A program made the translations under genes and the position numbers. Shown here piece by piece: positions 1 through 8,917 of a stretch of 60,642 nucleotides of DNA. Source of the stretch: Actinomycetota bacterium (lineage in GTDB: Bacteria; Actinomycetota; Acidimicrobiia; Acidimicrobiales; CADCTF01); NCBI GenBank assembly GCA_034668185.1, contig JAXDPV010000245.1, positions 1 through 60,642 of the forward strand, read 5' to 3'. The notes beneath the pieces are model-generated. The model saw only the letters and a program-made list of their open reading frames with translations. It was not told the DNA's origin and made no database searches. The stretch's first letter is position 1, and every line of letters starts with the position of its first letter.

Positions 1-1
1 G

Positions 2-178
2 GGCCGGCCCGCGGCCCGGGCGGTGGCGTTGAACGACATCACCTCGGCCGAGGCGCTGGCCTTCGTGCAACAGCGGCTGAAGAAGCTCGGGGTCGACAAG
101 GCGTTGGCCAAGGCAGGCGCTACGGACGGCGACATCGTCCACATCGCCGGGTTCTCCTTCGAGTACGAAGACGGCTGA
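2..178 (+). CDS. obgE: GTPase Obg, C-terminal end (5' part lies outside the window)
   Basis: The frame ending at TGA 176-178 reads ...LNDITSAEALAFVQQRLKKLGVDKALAKAGATDGDIVHIAGFSFEYEDG*. This fits my memory of the Obg C-terminal extension. proB follows 2 nt later, a common actinobacterial arrangement. Confidence 0.6.
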   Translation, partial: GRPAARAVALNDITSAEALAFVQQRLKKLGVDKALAKAGATDGDIVHIAGFSFEYEDG

Positions 179-179
179 C

Positions 180-1286
180 ATGAGCACCGTGGTGGTCAAG
201 GTCGGCACGTCGTCGATCACCAGCGAGGAAGGCCGCATCGACCGCTCGGCCATCGCCAAGCTGTGCGGGGAGGTCGCGGGCTTGTGCTCGGCCGAAGGCG
301 GCGGTCACCGGGTCATCGTCGTGACGTCGGGCGCCATCGCCGCCGGGCTGCCGGCGCTGTCGATGACCCGCCCGTCGAACGACCTGGCCACGTTGCAGGC
401 GGTTGCGGCTGTCGGGCAGAGCCGGTTGATGCGGGTCTACGACGAGGTGCTGGCCGAGCACGGCCTGGTCGGCGGGCAGGTGCTGCTCGCGCCCCTCGAC
501 TTCGTCCACCGGTCGCAGTACCTGCACGCCCGCCAGACGGTGCTGCGGTTGCTCGAGCTCGGCGTGGTGCCGATCGTCAACGAGAACGACGCCATCGCCG
601 ACGACGAGATCCGCTTCGGCGACAACGACCGGCTGGCGGCGCTGGTGGCCCACCTGGTCGCGGCCGACACGCTGGTGCTGCTGACCGACACGCCCGGCAT
701 GTTCACCGCCGACCCCCGCTTGCACGCCGACGCTTCGCTGATCGAGGAGATCGTCTCGATCGACCACGAGCTCGAGAAGCAGGCCGGCGGCTCCGGCTCC
801 GAGCGGGGGAGCGGGGGCATGGCGTCGAAGCTCGCCGCGGCCAAGATGGCGGCGTGGTCGGGCGTGCGGGCCGTCATCGCCGGGGCGTCTCGTCCCGGCG
901 TGCTGGCTGCGGCCGTCGCCGGCGAGCCGGGCGCGGGCACGGTCGTGCGGCCCCACGACCGGGCCAAGCGGTTGCCGGCCCGCAAGCTCTGGATCGCCTT
1001 CGCCGTCGGCGCCTCGGGCACGGTCGTGGTCGACGACGGCGCCCGGCGCGCCCTGGTCGAACGCAACACGTCGCTCCTGCCCGCGGGCGTGATCTCGGTG
1101 TCGGGGTCCTTCGATGCCGAGGCCGCGGTCGAGATCGCCGGCCCCGACGGCAAGGTCTTCGCCAAGGGCCTCGTCCGCCACCCGTCTTCCCGGGTCGCCG
1201 AGTGGGCCGGCCGCCGCACCACCGACCTCCCCCCCGACCTTCCCCACGAAGTCGTCCACCGCGACGACCTCGTCGTCCTCCCCTGA
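180..1286 (+). CDS. proB: Glutamate 5-kinase
   Basis: 368-aa ORF starting MSTVVVKVGTSSIT. It has an amino-acid-kinase fold (VIVVTSGAIAAG, NENDAIADDEIRFGDNDRLAA) and a C-terminal PUA-like region (GTVVVDDGARRALVERNTSLLPAGV). Confidence 0.93.
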   Translation: MSTVVVKVGTSSITSEEGRIDRSAIAKLCGEVAGLCSAEGGGHRVIVVTSGAIAAGLPALSMTRPSNDLATLQAVAAVGQSRLMRVYDEVLAEHGLVGGQVLLAPLDFVHRSQYLHARQTVLRLLELGVVPIVNENDAIADDEIRFGDNDRLAALVAHLVAADTLVLLTDTPGMFTADPRLHADASLIEEIVSIDHELEKQAGGSGSERGSGGMASKLAAAKMAAWSGVRAVIAGASRPGVLAAAVAGEPGAGTVVRPHDRAKRLPARKLWIAFAVGASGTVVVDDGARRALVERNTSLLPAGVISVSGSFDAEAAVEIAGPDGKVFAKGLVRHPSSRVAEWAGRRTTDLPPDLPHEVVHRDDLVVLP

Positions 1287-1291
1287 CCACC

Positions 1292-1345
1292 CCGTTTTGG
1301 GTCCCAAAGCTCACGCCAGGGCGTGAGCTCTGGCACCCAAAACGG
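1292..1345. terminator. Long imperfect hairpin between convergent proB and pspA
   Basis: Left arm CCGTTTTGGGTCCCAAAGCTCACGC (1292-1316), loop CAGG, right arm GCGTGAGCTCTGGCACCCAAAACGG (1321-1345). 23 of 25 positions pair. No U-tract, as in many actinobacterial I-shaped terminators. Confidence 0.5.
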
Positions 1346-1352
1346 AACGGCT

Positions 1353-2126
1353 TTAGGCGGTCGTGCCCTCGGCCTCGGTCGGGGCCGGGGCGGGCGTGGT
1401 CGCCGCCTCCAGGCCGAGTTGGCTGCGGATCTGGCTGAGGCGGGCCTGGGCTTCGGAGTCCATGGCCGCCTGCTCGACCTCGAGCATCCGGGTCTCGACG
1501 GTCTCGCCCTGGACCTCGCTGGCGCCGAGCGCCTTGGCGTAGCGCTGCTCGATCTTGTCCCGCACCTCGTTGAAGGTGGGCACGTCCTGGCCGACGGCCT
1601 CGGACAGCGAGGCCATGGCCTTGTTCATCTGCTCCTGCATCTTGGCCTGGTCGAGCTGGCTCAGGAGCTTCTGGCGCTCGGTCAGCTTCTTCTGCAGGGC
1701 GACCGAGTTCTGCTGGACCGCGGTCTTGGCCTGGTCGGACGCCTGGGTCGCCTGGAGCGAGAGCTGCTTGAGCGACTCGACCTCCTTCTCGGTGCCGATG
1801 AGCTGCGAGGCGAACGACGACGCCGCGTTGGTGAGCTCGGTGGCCTTCTTGGTGTCGCCGGCCTTCTGGGCGTCGTCGGCCATGAGCACCGCCTGCTTGG
1901 CCCGGGTGTTGAGCCGCTCGAGCTCTTCCATCGAGCGGTTGAGGCGCATCTCGGTCTGCTTCTGGTTGGCGATGACGTTGGCCGCCTGCTCCTTGAGCTT
2001 GCGGTGCTGGTCTTGGGCCTCGATGATCGCCTGCTCGAGCTGCACCTTGGGATCGGCGACCTCGTTGAACTTCCCGGTGAGGGCGGCGGTGATGTAGCGC
2101 CCGACTCGGCGCAAGAGCTTGAACAT
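1353..2126 (-). CDS. pspA: PspA/IM30 family protein (phage shock protein A-like)
   Basis: 257 aa, starting MFKLLRRVGRYITAALTGKFNEVADPKVQLEQAIIEAQDQHRKLKEQAANVIANQ. The whole protein looks coiled-coil, which is typical of PspA/IM30/Vipp1. Confidence 0.85.
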   Translation of the reverse strand: MFKLLRRVGRYITAALTGKFNEVADPKVQLEQAIIEAQDQHRKLKEQAANVIANQKQTEMRLNRSMEELERLNTRAKQAVLMADDAQKAGDTKKATELTNAASSFASQLIGTEKEVESLKQLSLQATQASDQAKTAVQQNSVALQKKLTERQKLLSQLDQAKMQEQMNKAMASLSEAVGQDVPTFNEVRDKIEQRYAKALGASEVQGETVETRMLEVEQAAMDSEAQARLSQIRSQLGLEAATTPAPAPTEAEGTTA

Positions 2127-2136
2127 GGCGGGAAGG

Positions 2137-2922
2137 TTACGCCGACCCGCCCGCCGTCGCCCCGCGTGTGCCGGAAGTCTCTTCGAGGGCCTGGCGCAGC
2201 GATTCGAGTTCGCCGACCACGCCCTCGACGTCGTCGGTCAGCGGGCCGAGCTGGCTGACGTCGCCGGCCGACAGCGAGACCTCGACCGATCGGGCCACGG
2301 CCTCGTCGAGTTGGGCGTTCAACAACCGCAGCCGGTTGGCCGCGTCCTGGGCCACCGACCTGAGCCGTTGCGCCGACGCCAACTGCGATTCGATGGCCGC
2401 CTGGGTGCGGGCCAGCGAGGCCTCGGCGTCGGCGCCGGCCCCGCTACCCGAGCCGGAACGCCGTTCCTCCTGGACCTGGGCCAACTCCCGCTCGATGCCC
2501 TGCACGTCGAGCGACTTGAGGGCGGCGTCGAGGGCGTCGCCTTGGCGGGCGATGCTCCAGCACTCGGACACGCCGTCGCCGATCCTGGCGCCGATCACCT
2601 GGAGCCGCTCCTGGATGGGACCGCTCCTCGACCTGGCCACCACCGCGTCGAACTTGCGCTCGGCCTGCTGCGCGTCCGACACGAACCGCCGCCACGGCTC
2701 GCTGACACCGAACGGGTCGATGTTGTCGCCCGCAGGCCGTCGGGGCACGGCCATCGCCACCCGCACGAGCCACCCGAGCGCGCCGAGCGCCACCGCCGCC
2801 GGCCCCAACCCGGTGGCGATCCCGATGGCCGTCCCCGCCCCCGCCAGCAGGATGGCCGACGGCGACACCACCGCGCGCGCCACCGCTGGCGTCCGCACCC
2901 GCGCGGGCAGCCGGGCAATCAT
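2137..2922 (-). CDS. Membrane protein with cytoplasmic coiled-coil, directly upstream of pspA
   Basis: Start chosen at ATG 2922 (MIARLPARV...) inside the 2137..3210 ORF. It has a hydrophobic stretch (SPSAILLAGAGTAIGIATGLGPAAVALGALGWLVRVAMAV) followed by a helical, Ala/Gln/Glu-rich part. It is 10 nt upstream of pspA on the same strand. Confidence 0.55.
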   Translation of the reverse strand: MIARLPARVRTPAVARAVVSPSAILLAGAGTAIGIATGLGPAAVALGALGWLVRVAMAVPRRPAGDNIDPFGVSEPWRRFVSDAQQAERKFDAVVARSRSGPIQERLQVIGARIGDGVSECWSIARQGDALDAALKSLDVQGIERELAQVQEERRSGSGSGAGADAEASLARTQAAIESQLASAQRLRSVAQDAANRLRLLNAQLDEAVARSVEVSLSAGDVSQLGPLTDDVEGVVGELESLRQALEETSGTRGATAGGSA

Positions 2923-2977
2923 TCGCTTTCGGCCATATCCACAGGCCCTGGCACGCGCTCGTGGCCGAAAGCGGGCA

Positions 2978-4780
2978 TTAGAAGTTGGAGACGACGGCGG
3001 TGAACACCTTGCTGATCGTCTGGGGGTCGGAGGCGTCGTAGGCGGCGGCGTTGGTGGCCTCGGCCAGCCGCTTGAGGGTGGCCTTGTCGGCGTCCTGGCC
3101 GTAGGCGATGGTGAACAGCCGGACGGGCGCGGTCGACTGCCCCTCCGAGCCGGCCCGCAACGACGACAGCGTGGCGTTGAGGTCGGTGAACGTATCCTCG
3201 TTGCGGCCATCGGTGAGCAGCACGACGGCGTTGATGCGGGCCGGGTCGAACGCCGCCTTCATGAACTCGAACGACGCCGTCGCCGTCCGGTACAGCGGCG
3301 TCCCGTTGGTCGGCGTCAGCGAGGCGATGCGCGTGCTGATGGCCTCCCGGTTCTCGCCGATGGGCCCGATGGGCACGAGGTCGAGATAGGACTTGGGCTC
3401 CTTCGGGCTGATGTCGGTCGAGAAGATCCGCAGCCCGACCAGGTCGTCGGCCTTGAACTCGTCGAGGGCGTCGATCGAGGCCCGCTTGGCCAGGTCGAGC
3501 TTGGTGTCGCCGCCGCCGACCTCCTCGCCCATCGACCCCGACACGTCGATCACCAACAACACCTTGGCGCCCTTGCGCTGCTCGCCCCACTTGTCGAGCA
3601 GCTTGGTGAGGACCTCGGGCGCGGGCACGCCCAGCGTCGTCTGCGGTTGCGCGGGGTCGACGCCGTTGGCGGCCACGATCGGGTCGGCCACGGCCACCGA
3701 CGGATTGCCGGGACGGAAGCCGAAGTCGAGCACGCTGCGCTGGTTCTCCGGCCGTTGCACGAACGTCTCGAACACCCGCGCCGCGGCCTTCTCCTTGGCC
3801 GCCACCCACTTGGCGTCGAGGACGTAGAACGGGCTGTCGGAGAACAGCGTCCCGTCCTTCGGGTACACCGCCACCAACGGCACCCGGGGCTTGCGGGGCT
3901 GCTCGCCCGGATCGAGGATGCCGTCGGGGTTGCCCCGGTTGTAGTCGATGATCGACTTCTCCTCGACGGCCACCGCCGACACGTAGGTGAGGCCGGCGCC
4001 CGAGCGGTCGTTGCGGTACAGGTTGTTGAGGAACGTCAGCGTGATGTCGCCGTAGTGGACGACCGACGACTCGACGCCCCGCATGAACGCATCGACCTCG
4101 GGCCGGTTGATGTCCTCGAGCGTGAGGTCGCTCTGCTTGCCGGTGGCCGCGTAGTACTGGGCGATCGTCCCCGACAGCCCGCTGGTCGAGAAGTTGGGGT
4201 TGGTCTTGCCGAGCTTGAACGGCCCCCACTCGGGGTGGCCCTTGCTGGCCCAGCCGCTCGGGTCCTTGGCCAGGGCCAGCAGGTCGCCGAAGCCGATGGG
4301 CGTGGCCGGGTAGCCGAGGGCGTCGGCCATCGGCTTGGGCATGGCGATCACCAACGGCGTGACCATGAACGGCTTGGCGTCGTTGGGCGCCATCGGCGGC
4401 TGGCCCTTGGCCTGCAGCCGTTGGTTGAGGATCGCGCCCCACGACGACGCCGCCGGCGACCACACCGTGGGCTTCGGGCCGTCGCGCGCCGGGTCGGGCC
4501 AACCGTCGGCCAGCAGTTGGGCCCCCACGCCCGACGACGTCTTGGTGATGCGGACGAAGGCGCACGGCTTGGCGTTCTTGGCCGCGTCGCTGCGGTTGAA
4601 GGCCTCGGCCAGCTTGGTCAGCAGGTCGAACTTCTCGGGCGAGGTGGCCACGTCGACGCCGGTACACCCCGACGGGATGTCGCCGCCGCTCACGTTCTGG
4701 TTGTTGCCCTTGACGTTGACCGAGCACGCGCCCGCGACCAGCGCGGCCACCGCCGCCCCGATCGCTATCCAACGTCTCAT
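2978..4780 (-). CDS. Lipoprotein with solute-binding-protein-like N-domain and C-terminal von Willebrand A domain
   Basis: Start at ATG 4780 (MRRWIAIGAAVAALVAGACS, lipobox-like AGAC). The C-terminal part has the VWA MIDAS motif LLVIDVSGSM ... LLTDGRNED. Its ATG overlaps the upstream stop (ATGA at 4777-4780). Confidence 0.8.
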   Translation of the reverse strand: MRRWIAIGAAVAALVAGACSVNVKGNNQNVSGGDIPSGCTGVDVATSPEKFDLLTKLAEAFNRSDAAKNAKPCAFVRITKTSSGVGAQLLADGWPDPARDGPKPTVWSPAASSWGAILNQRLQAKGQPPMAPNDAKPFMVTPLVIAMPKPMADALGYPATPIGFGDLLALAKDPSGWASKGHPEWGPFKLGKTNPNFSTSGLSGTIAQYYAATGKQSDLTLEDINRPEVDAFMRGVESSVVHYGDITLTFLNNLYRNDRSGAGLTYVSAVAVEEKSIIDYNRGNPDGILDPGEQPRKPRVPLVAVYPKDGTLFSDSPFYVLDAKWVAAKEKAAARVFETFVQRPENQRSVLDFGFRPGNPSVAVADPIVAANGVDPAQPQTTLGVPAPEVLTKLLDKWGEQRKGAKVLLVIDVSGSMGEEVGGGDTKLDLAKRASIDALDEFKADDLVGLRIFSTDISPKEPKSYLDLVPIGPIGENREAISTRIASLTPTNGTPLYRTATASFEFMKAAFDPARINAVVLLTDGRNEDTFTDLNATLSSLRAGSEGQSTAPVRLFTIAYGQDADKATLKRLAEATNAAAYDASDPQTISKVFTAVVSNF

Positions 4781-5676
4781 CTCACGACCTCCCGCAGCGC
4801 CAGCAGCACGCCGGGCGAGGGTAGCCCGCCGTTCCCGGCCATCGGCCCCGGCTCCCATTTGGCGGCGCGCAACGCGGAGGTGACCGTGCCCACCGGCACG
4901 CCTCCGTGGTCGCCGCCGGTGAAGGCCAGCACCGCCTCGATGGTCGCCGCCGGTACCGGCGTGGCCACGTCGAAGCCGGCCCGCGGGGCGCCGTCGGCGG
5001 CGGCACCGGTGGTGAGGAACACGCCGCCCGAGCCCTGCTGCACCAGGAAGTCGCCGAGTGACCTGGCCCCGAACCCGGGGGCCGCGGCCAGACGGTCGTC
5101 GAGGTTCGAGAGCCAGTCGCCCGGTGGCCCTTCGACGTCGTTCGACCCGAACTGGGTGCTGCCGATGAAGCCGGTCAGCGCCGCCGCCCGCACCAGCAAC
5201 CCGATGGCCGAGCGCGCGGGGTCGGCGCCAATGCGGAAGGACGGGTTCTGGGCGGCGTCGCCGATGCACTTCCACGAGACCGGGCCTGGGCCGCACGTCG
5301 CCGGCGTCTGGCCCTTGCGAACCACGGCCACCAGCGACGTGTGGCCCAACGCTTCCGACGAACCGCGGAAGAGCTTCGGCGCACCCTGGGCCCGGCCGGC
5401 GTCGACCATCGCCGCCCAGGGCCCCGGCGCCAGCCACGCGGCCACGCCGGCCTCGGCCATCGAACGGGCGGCCAGGAGCCGGTCGGCGGTGACCGCGGCG
5501 GCCTCGACGGTCGCGCCCGGGATCGCATCGCACACCGCTCCGAGCTCCGACGCGCACACGACCACGGCCGCGGGAGCAGGCGGTGCCGACGCCGTCGAGT
5601 CCCGCGAAGACCGGTACACGACCGCGCCCACGACCATGGCGGCGGCGGCCAAGAGGGCCAGGAGTCGCCCCGCCAT
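4777..5676 (-). CDS. Membrane-anchored/exported protein, periplasmic-binding-protein-like
   Basis: Start at ATG 5676 (MAGRLLALLAAAAMVVGAVVY, signal anchor). The sequence resembles the N-domain of the downstream SBP-VWA protein in character (GLLVRAAALTGF, FLVQQGSGGVFLTTG). Its start shares 1 nt with the upstream stop. Confidence 0.6.
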   Translation of the reverse strand: MAGRLLALLAAAAMVVGAVVYRSSRDSTASAPPAPAAVVVCASELGAVCDAIPGATVEAAAVTADRLLAARSMAEAGVAAWLAPGPWAAMVDAGRAQGAPKLFRGSSEALGHTSLVAVVRKGQTPATCGPGPVSWKCIGDAAQNPSFRIGADPARSAIGLLVRAAALTGFIGSTQFGSNDVEGPPGDWLSNLDDRLAAAPGFGARSLGDFLVQQGSGGVFLTTGAAADGAPRAGFDVATPVPAATIEAVLAFTGGDHGGVPVGTVTSALRAAKWEPGPMAGNGGLPSPGVLLALREVVR

Positions 5677-7061
5677 CAGGCGCACACGTCCTCGGGCAGC
5701 AGCTCCATCAACTGCTCGTTGGTCGGGTTGGCGATGGCCACGAGCCGGCTGGCCTGGTGGGCCATCGTCGCCTCGAAGAGGTTGCGCACCAACCGGCCGT
5801 TGCCGAACCCCTTGTCCCGTACCTGGGCATCGAGGTAGGAACGGGCGGCGGCCGACGCCGCGACCGGGCACGTGTACGACGCCTTCTCGCACATCGACCC
5901 GAAGATCGAGACCAGCTCGTCGGTCGTGTAGTCGGGGAAGTGGATCGTCTTCGGGAAGCGGGACCGCAGGCCGGGGTTCGACTCGATGAACTCGTGCATC
6001 TCGTCGGGGTAGCCGGCGGCGATCACCACGATCTCGTCGCGATGGTCTTCGATCAGCTTGACCAAGGTGTCGGTGGCCTCCTGGCCGAAGTCGTTGTCGC
6101 CGCCCCGGGCCAACGCGTAGGCCTCGTCGATCAGCAGCACCCCGCCGATGGCCGACTCGAAGACCTCGGTGACCTTGAGCGCGGTCTGGCCGACGTAGCC
6201 CGCGACCAGCCCGGCCCGGTCGGTCTCGACGAGGTGTCCTTTCTCCACGACCTTCAGTGTGCGGTACACCTGTGACAACAACCGGGCGACGGTCGTCTTG
6301 CCGGTGCCGGGGTTGCCGGTGAAGACCAGGTGGCGGCTCGATTCGCTCACCGGCAGGCCCCGCTCCTTGCGCAGGCCCTGCACCCGCAGCAGGTTGGCCA
6401 CCAGCTTGACCTCGGCTTTCACCGGGGCCAGGCCGACCAACCCGTCGAGCTCGGCCAGCAGCTCCTCGATCGGCCGGGCCGGCTCCTGGGGCGCGGCCGG
6501 CGGGCGGGCCGCGGCCGCGGCCGAAGCCGGCGCCCCGGCGGCGCCACCAGGCCGGGGCAGGCCGCCCCGGTCGATGGACCGCAACAGCACGTTGCGGAAG
6601 CGCTCGATGCCGGCGAGCTCGTCGTCGCTTGGCACGTCGTCGGCGGCGCACACCGCATGGGCCAGGTCCATGGCCAGCTCGTAGTAGCGCCAGGCGTTCG
6701 ACGTGCGGTGGATGCGGTCGGTCTCGACGAGGATGTCGAAGAACAGCGACGGCGCCGCCAGCCACGCCCGCTTGCCGGTGACCAGGCCGGCCTTGCGGAC
6801 GTCGTCGGGCGTGGCCATCGACAGCGACGACGCCATGCGAGGGGCGAAGGTAGCGACGAAGGACCAGAGCTCGGCGTCGGTCTGGCGGCGGTCGATGTCG
6901 ATGAAGGCGGCGACGATGTTGTAGGCCTCGACGGTGACGTCGGCCGGCGGCTTGTCGGTGGGCACGCCCGGGATCACGTCGCCGGCGATGTCGGCCAGCA
7001 CCGGCGTGAGCTCGTCGACGAACCGGCCGACCGGTTCCTCCAGCAGGTTGTCGTGGCTCAT
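5676..7061 (-). CDS. AAA+ ATPase of the CbbX/SpoVK/EccA type with an N-terminal helical, possibly TerB-like, domain
   Basis: Start at ATG 7061 (MSHDNLLEEPVG). Walker A GNPGTGKTT, Walker B VLLIDEAYAL, and the family-typical LDGLVGLAPVKAEV and PGLRSRFP motifs. The N-terminal 190 aa contain two ADG-like repeats (AAFIDIDRRQTDAEL, AVCAADDVPSDDELAGIERF) followed by a Pro/Ala linker. Confidence 0.85.
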   Translation of the reverse strand: MSHDNLLEEPVGRFVDELTPVLADIAGDVIPGVPTDKPPADVTVEAYNIVAAFIDIDRRQTDAELWSFVATFAPRMASSLSMATPDDVRKAGLVTGKRAWLAAPSLFFDILVETDRIHRTSNAWRYYELAMDLAHAVCAADDVPSDDELAGIERFRNVLLRSIDRGGLPRPGGAAGAPASAAAAARPPAAPQEPARPIEELLAELDGLVGLAPVKAEVKLVANLLRVQGLRKERGLPVSESSRHLVFTGNPGTGKTTVARLLSQVYRTLKVVEKGHLVETDRAGLVAGYVGQTALKVTEVFESAIGGVLLIDEAYALARGGDNDFGQEATDTLVKLIEDHRDEIVVIAAGYPDEMHEFIESNPGLRSRFPKTIHFPDYTTDELVSIFGSMCEKASYTCPVAASAAARSYLDAQVRDKGFGNGRLVRNLFEATMAHQASRLVAIANPTNEQLMELLPEDVCA

Positions 7062-7612
7062 GGGGCGCTCAGTCTGCCCAGCTTCCGCGTGGCCTGTCCG
7101 GCCAGGGCCCGGGCGATGGGCGCGGCCGTGTCGGGCGGGGTACTCGCCACCTCGATGGTGAGGTACGAGTCGGCGTAGAGCACGTGGAGGGTGGCCTCTT
7201 CCTCGACGAAGAAGTCGGTCGTGCTGCTCGCCGCGGCTTCGTCGGGGTGGCGTTTGGCCGCGGCCGCGAACCGGGCCTCGGCGCTGAAGCCGGTGCGGCG
7301 GACCTGGTCGGACATGTCGGCCGTGCGCACGAGTTGGACGAGCACGGCCTTGGTCCCGTCGGTCGTGGCCCAGGCGCAGCCGCTGCGGCCGGCAAGGGCG
7401 TCGGTGCCGCCGCCGGCGCTCGGAATGGGCGGGTCGACGGGAGTGCCGAGCACCTGGGCCACGGCGGTTGGGGAGAAGAGGGCGCAGGCGGTGACGGGCG
7501 GGTCGGCCTCGGTGGCGCCGCCGGTGCTGCCGCACGCGGCCCCGGCCCCGGCCAGCAGGCCGAGCAGGATGATCGGGAGCGCGCGCCGGTAGATTGTGCA
7601 GATGGCCGACAC
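7058..7612 (-). CDS. Small lipoprotein (hypothetical)
   Basis: A GTG start at 7612 gives MSAICTIYRRALPIILLGLLAGAGAACGS, a signal peptide plus lipobox. The stop overlaps the AAA+ start (ATGA at 7058-7061). The start is uncertain and overlaps the divergent proA start by a few nt. Confidence 0.5.
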   Translation of the reverse strand: MSAICTIYRRALPIILLGLLAGAGAACGSTGGATEADPPVTACALFSPTAVAQVLGTPVDPPIPSAGGGTDALAGRSGCAWATTDGTKAVLVQLVRTADMSDQVRRTGFSAEARFAAAAKRHPDEAAASSTTDFFVEEEATLHVLYADSYLTIEVASTPPDTAAPIARALAGQATRKLGRLSAP

Positions 7613-8861
7613 GCCCACGACCGCCAGCCTCGCAGACCTCGGCGCGCGGGCCAAGGCGGCGTCCCGGGCCTTGGCCCTGGCGCCGACCGCGGCCAAGGAC
7701 GCCGCCCTGCTGGTGGCCGCCGACCTCTTGGTCGAGCGCACGGCCGACGTGTTGGCGGCCAACGCGGTCGACGTCTCTCGGGCGACCGACGCGGGCACGT
7801 CGCCGACGGTGATCGACCGGCTGCGACTCGACGAACGGCGGGTGGCGTCGATGGCGGCAGGGCTGCGGGACGTGGCCGGGCTCGCCGATCCCGTGGGCCA
7901 GGTCGTCGAGGGCTGGACCCGCCCGAACGGGCTCCACATCGACCGGGTGCGGGTGCCGCTCGGCGTCGTCGGCATCATCTACGAGAACCGGCCCAACGTG
8001 ACCTCCGACGCCGCCGGCCTGTGCGTGAAGTCGGGCAACGTCGCTTTCCTTCGGGGTTCGTCGGCGGCCATCACCTCGAACGTGGCCATCGCCGGCGTGC
8101 TGCGTGAGGGCTTGGCCAAGGCCGGGTTGCCGGCCGACTCGCTGGTGTTGGTCGAGGACACGTCCCGCGAGTCGGCGGTCGAGTTCATGCGGTTGCGGGG
8201 CGTGATCGACTGCCTGATACCGCGGGGCGGCACGTCGTTGATCGCCGCCATCCTGGCCAACGCCACCGTGCCCTACGTCATCGACGGCGACGGCAACTGC
8301 CACGTGTACGTCGATTCGTCGGCCGACCTCGACATGGCCCTGTCGATCGTCGTCAACGCCAAGACGTCCCGGCCTTCGGTGTGCAACGCCGCCGAGTCGC
8401 TGGTCGTGCACTCGTCGGTGGCGGCCGACTTCCTGCCCCGGGCCGCGGAGGCCCTCGACGGCGTCGAGCTCGTGGGCGACGCCGCCGCCCGCTCGATCGT
8501 CCCCTCGATCGGGGCGGCCACCGACGACGACTTCGCCACCGAGTTCCTCGACTTGAAGATGTCGGTCGCGGTCGTGGACTCGTTGGACGCTGCCATCGAC
8601 CACGTGAACCGCTACGGCTCGGGCCACTCCGAGGCCATCGTCACCACCTCCCTCGACGCCGCCCAACGGTTCACCCACGAGGTCGACGCCGCCGCCGTCC
8701 TCGTCAACGCCTCCACCCGCTTCGTCGACGGCGGCGAGTTCGGCTTCGGCGCCGAGATCGGCATCTCCACCCAGAAGCTCCACGCCCGCGGCCCCATGGG
8801 CCTCCGCGAGCTGACGACCACCAAGTACGTCGTCACCGGAAACGGCCAGATCCGGCTCTAG
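7596..8861 (+). CDS. proA: Gamma-glutamyl phosphate reductase
   Basis: 421-aa ORF (GTG 7596, or ATG 7602). Aldehyde-dehydrogenase-like, with the catalytic Cys context RPSVCNAAESLVVH and the C-terminal ARGPMGLRELTTTKY. Confidence 0.92.
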   Translation: MQMADTPTTASLADLGARAKAASRALALAPTAAKDAALLVAADLLVERTADVLAANAVDVSRATDAGTSPTVIDRLRLDERRVASMAAGLRDVAGLADPVGQVVEGWTRPNGLHIDRVRVPLGVVGIIYENRPNVTSDAAGLCVKSGNVAFLRGSSAAITSNVAIAGVLREGLAKAGLPADSLVLVEDTSRESAVEFMRLRGVIDCLIPRGGTSLIAAILANATVPYVIDGDGNCHVYVDSSADLDMALSIVVNAKTSRPSVCNAAESLVVHSSVAADFLPRAAEALDGVELVGDAAARSIVPSIGAATDDDFATEFLDLKMSVAVVDSLDAAIDHVNRYGSGHSEAIVTTSLDAAQRFTHEVDAAAVLVNASTRFVDGGEFGFGAEIGISTQKLHARGPMGLRELTTTKYVVTGNGQIRL

Positions 8862-8917
8862 ACCGGCGGCCAAAACTAGACCGGTCGGTCAAGTGCCCGA
8901 GTAGGCTGCCCGGCACT

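Noticed and set aside
2168-5989. 1273-aa plus-strand ORF, the longest in the track
   Set aside because: It is antisense to four well-supported minus-strand genes that have clear motifs (VWA MIDAS, lipoboxes). Its composition is Arg/Ala/Gly/Pro-rich and low-complexity. This is a typical shadow ORF in high-GC DNA.
7062-8873. Upstream extension of the 5676..8873 minus-strand ORF (1065 aa)
   Set aside because: Only the part from ATG 7061 down carries AAA+ motifs. The rest is antisense to proA and to the small lipoprotein gene and reads as low-complexity Gly/Asp/Arg/Val sequence.
8859-8884. Direct repeat TAGACCGG...TAGACCGG after the proA stop
   Set aside because: It is only 8 bp in two copies within a GC-rich spacer, which is compatible with chance. 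It is mentioned only for the shared GGCGGCCAAAA half-motif.
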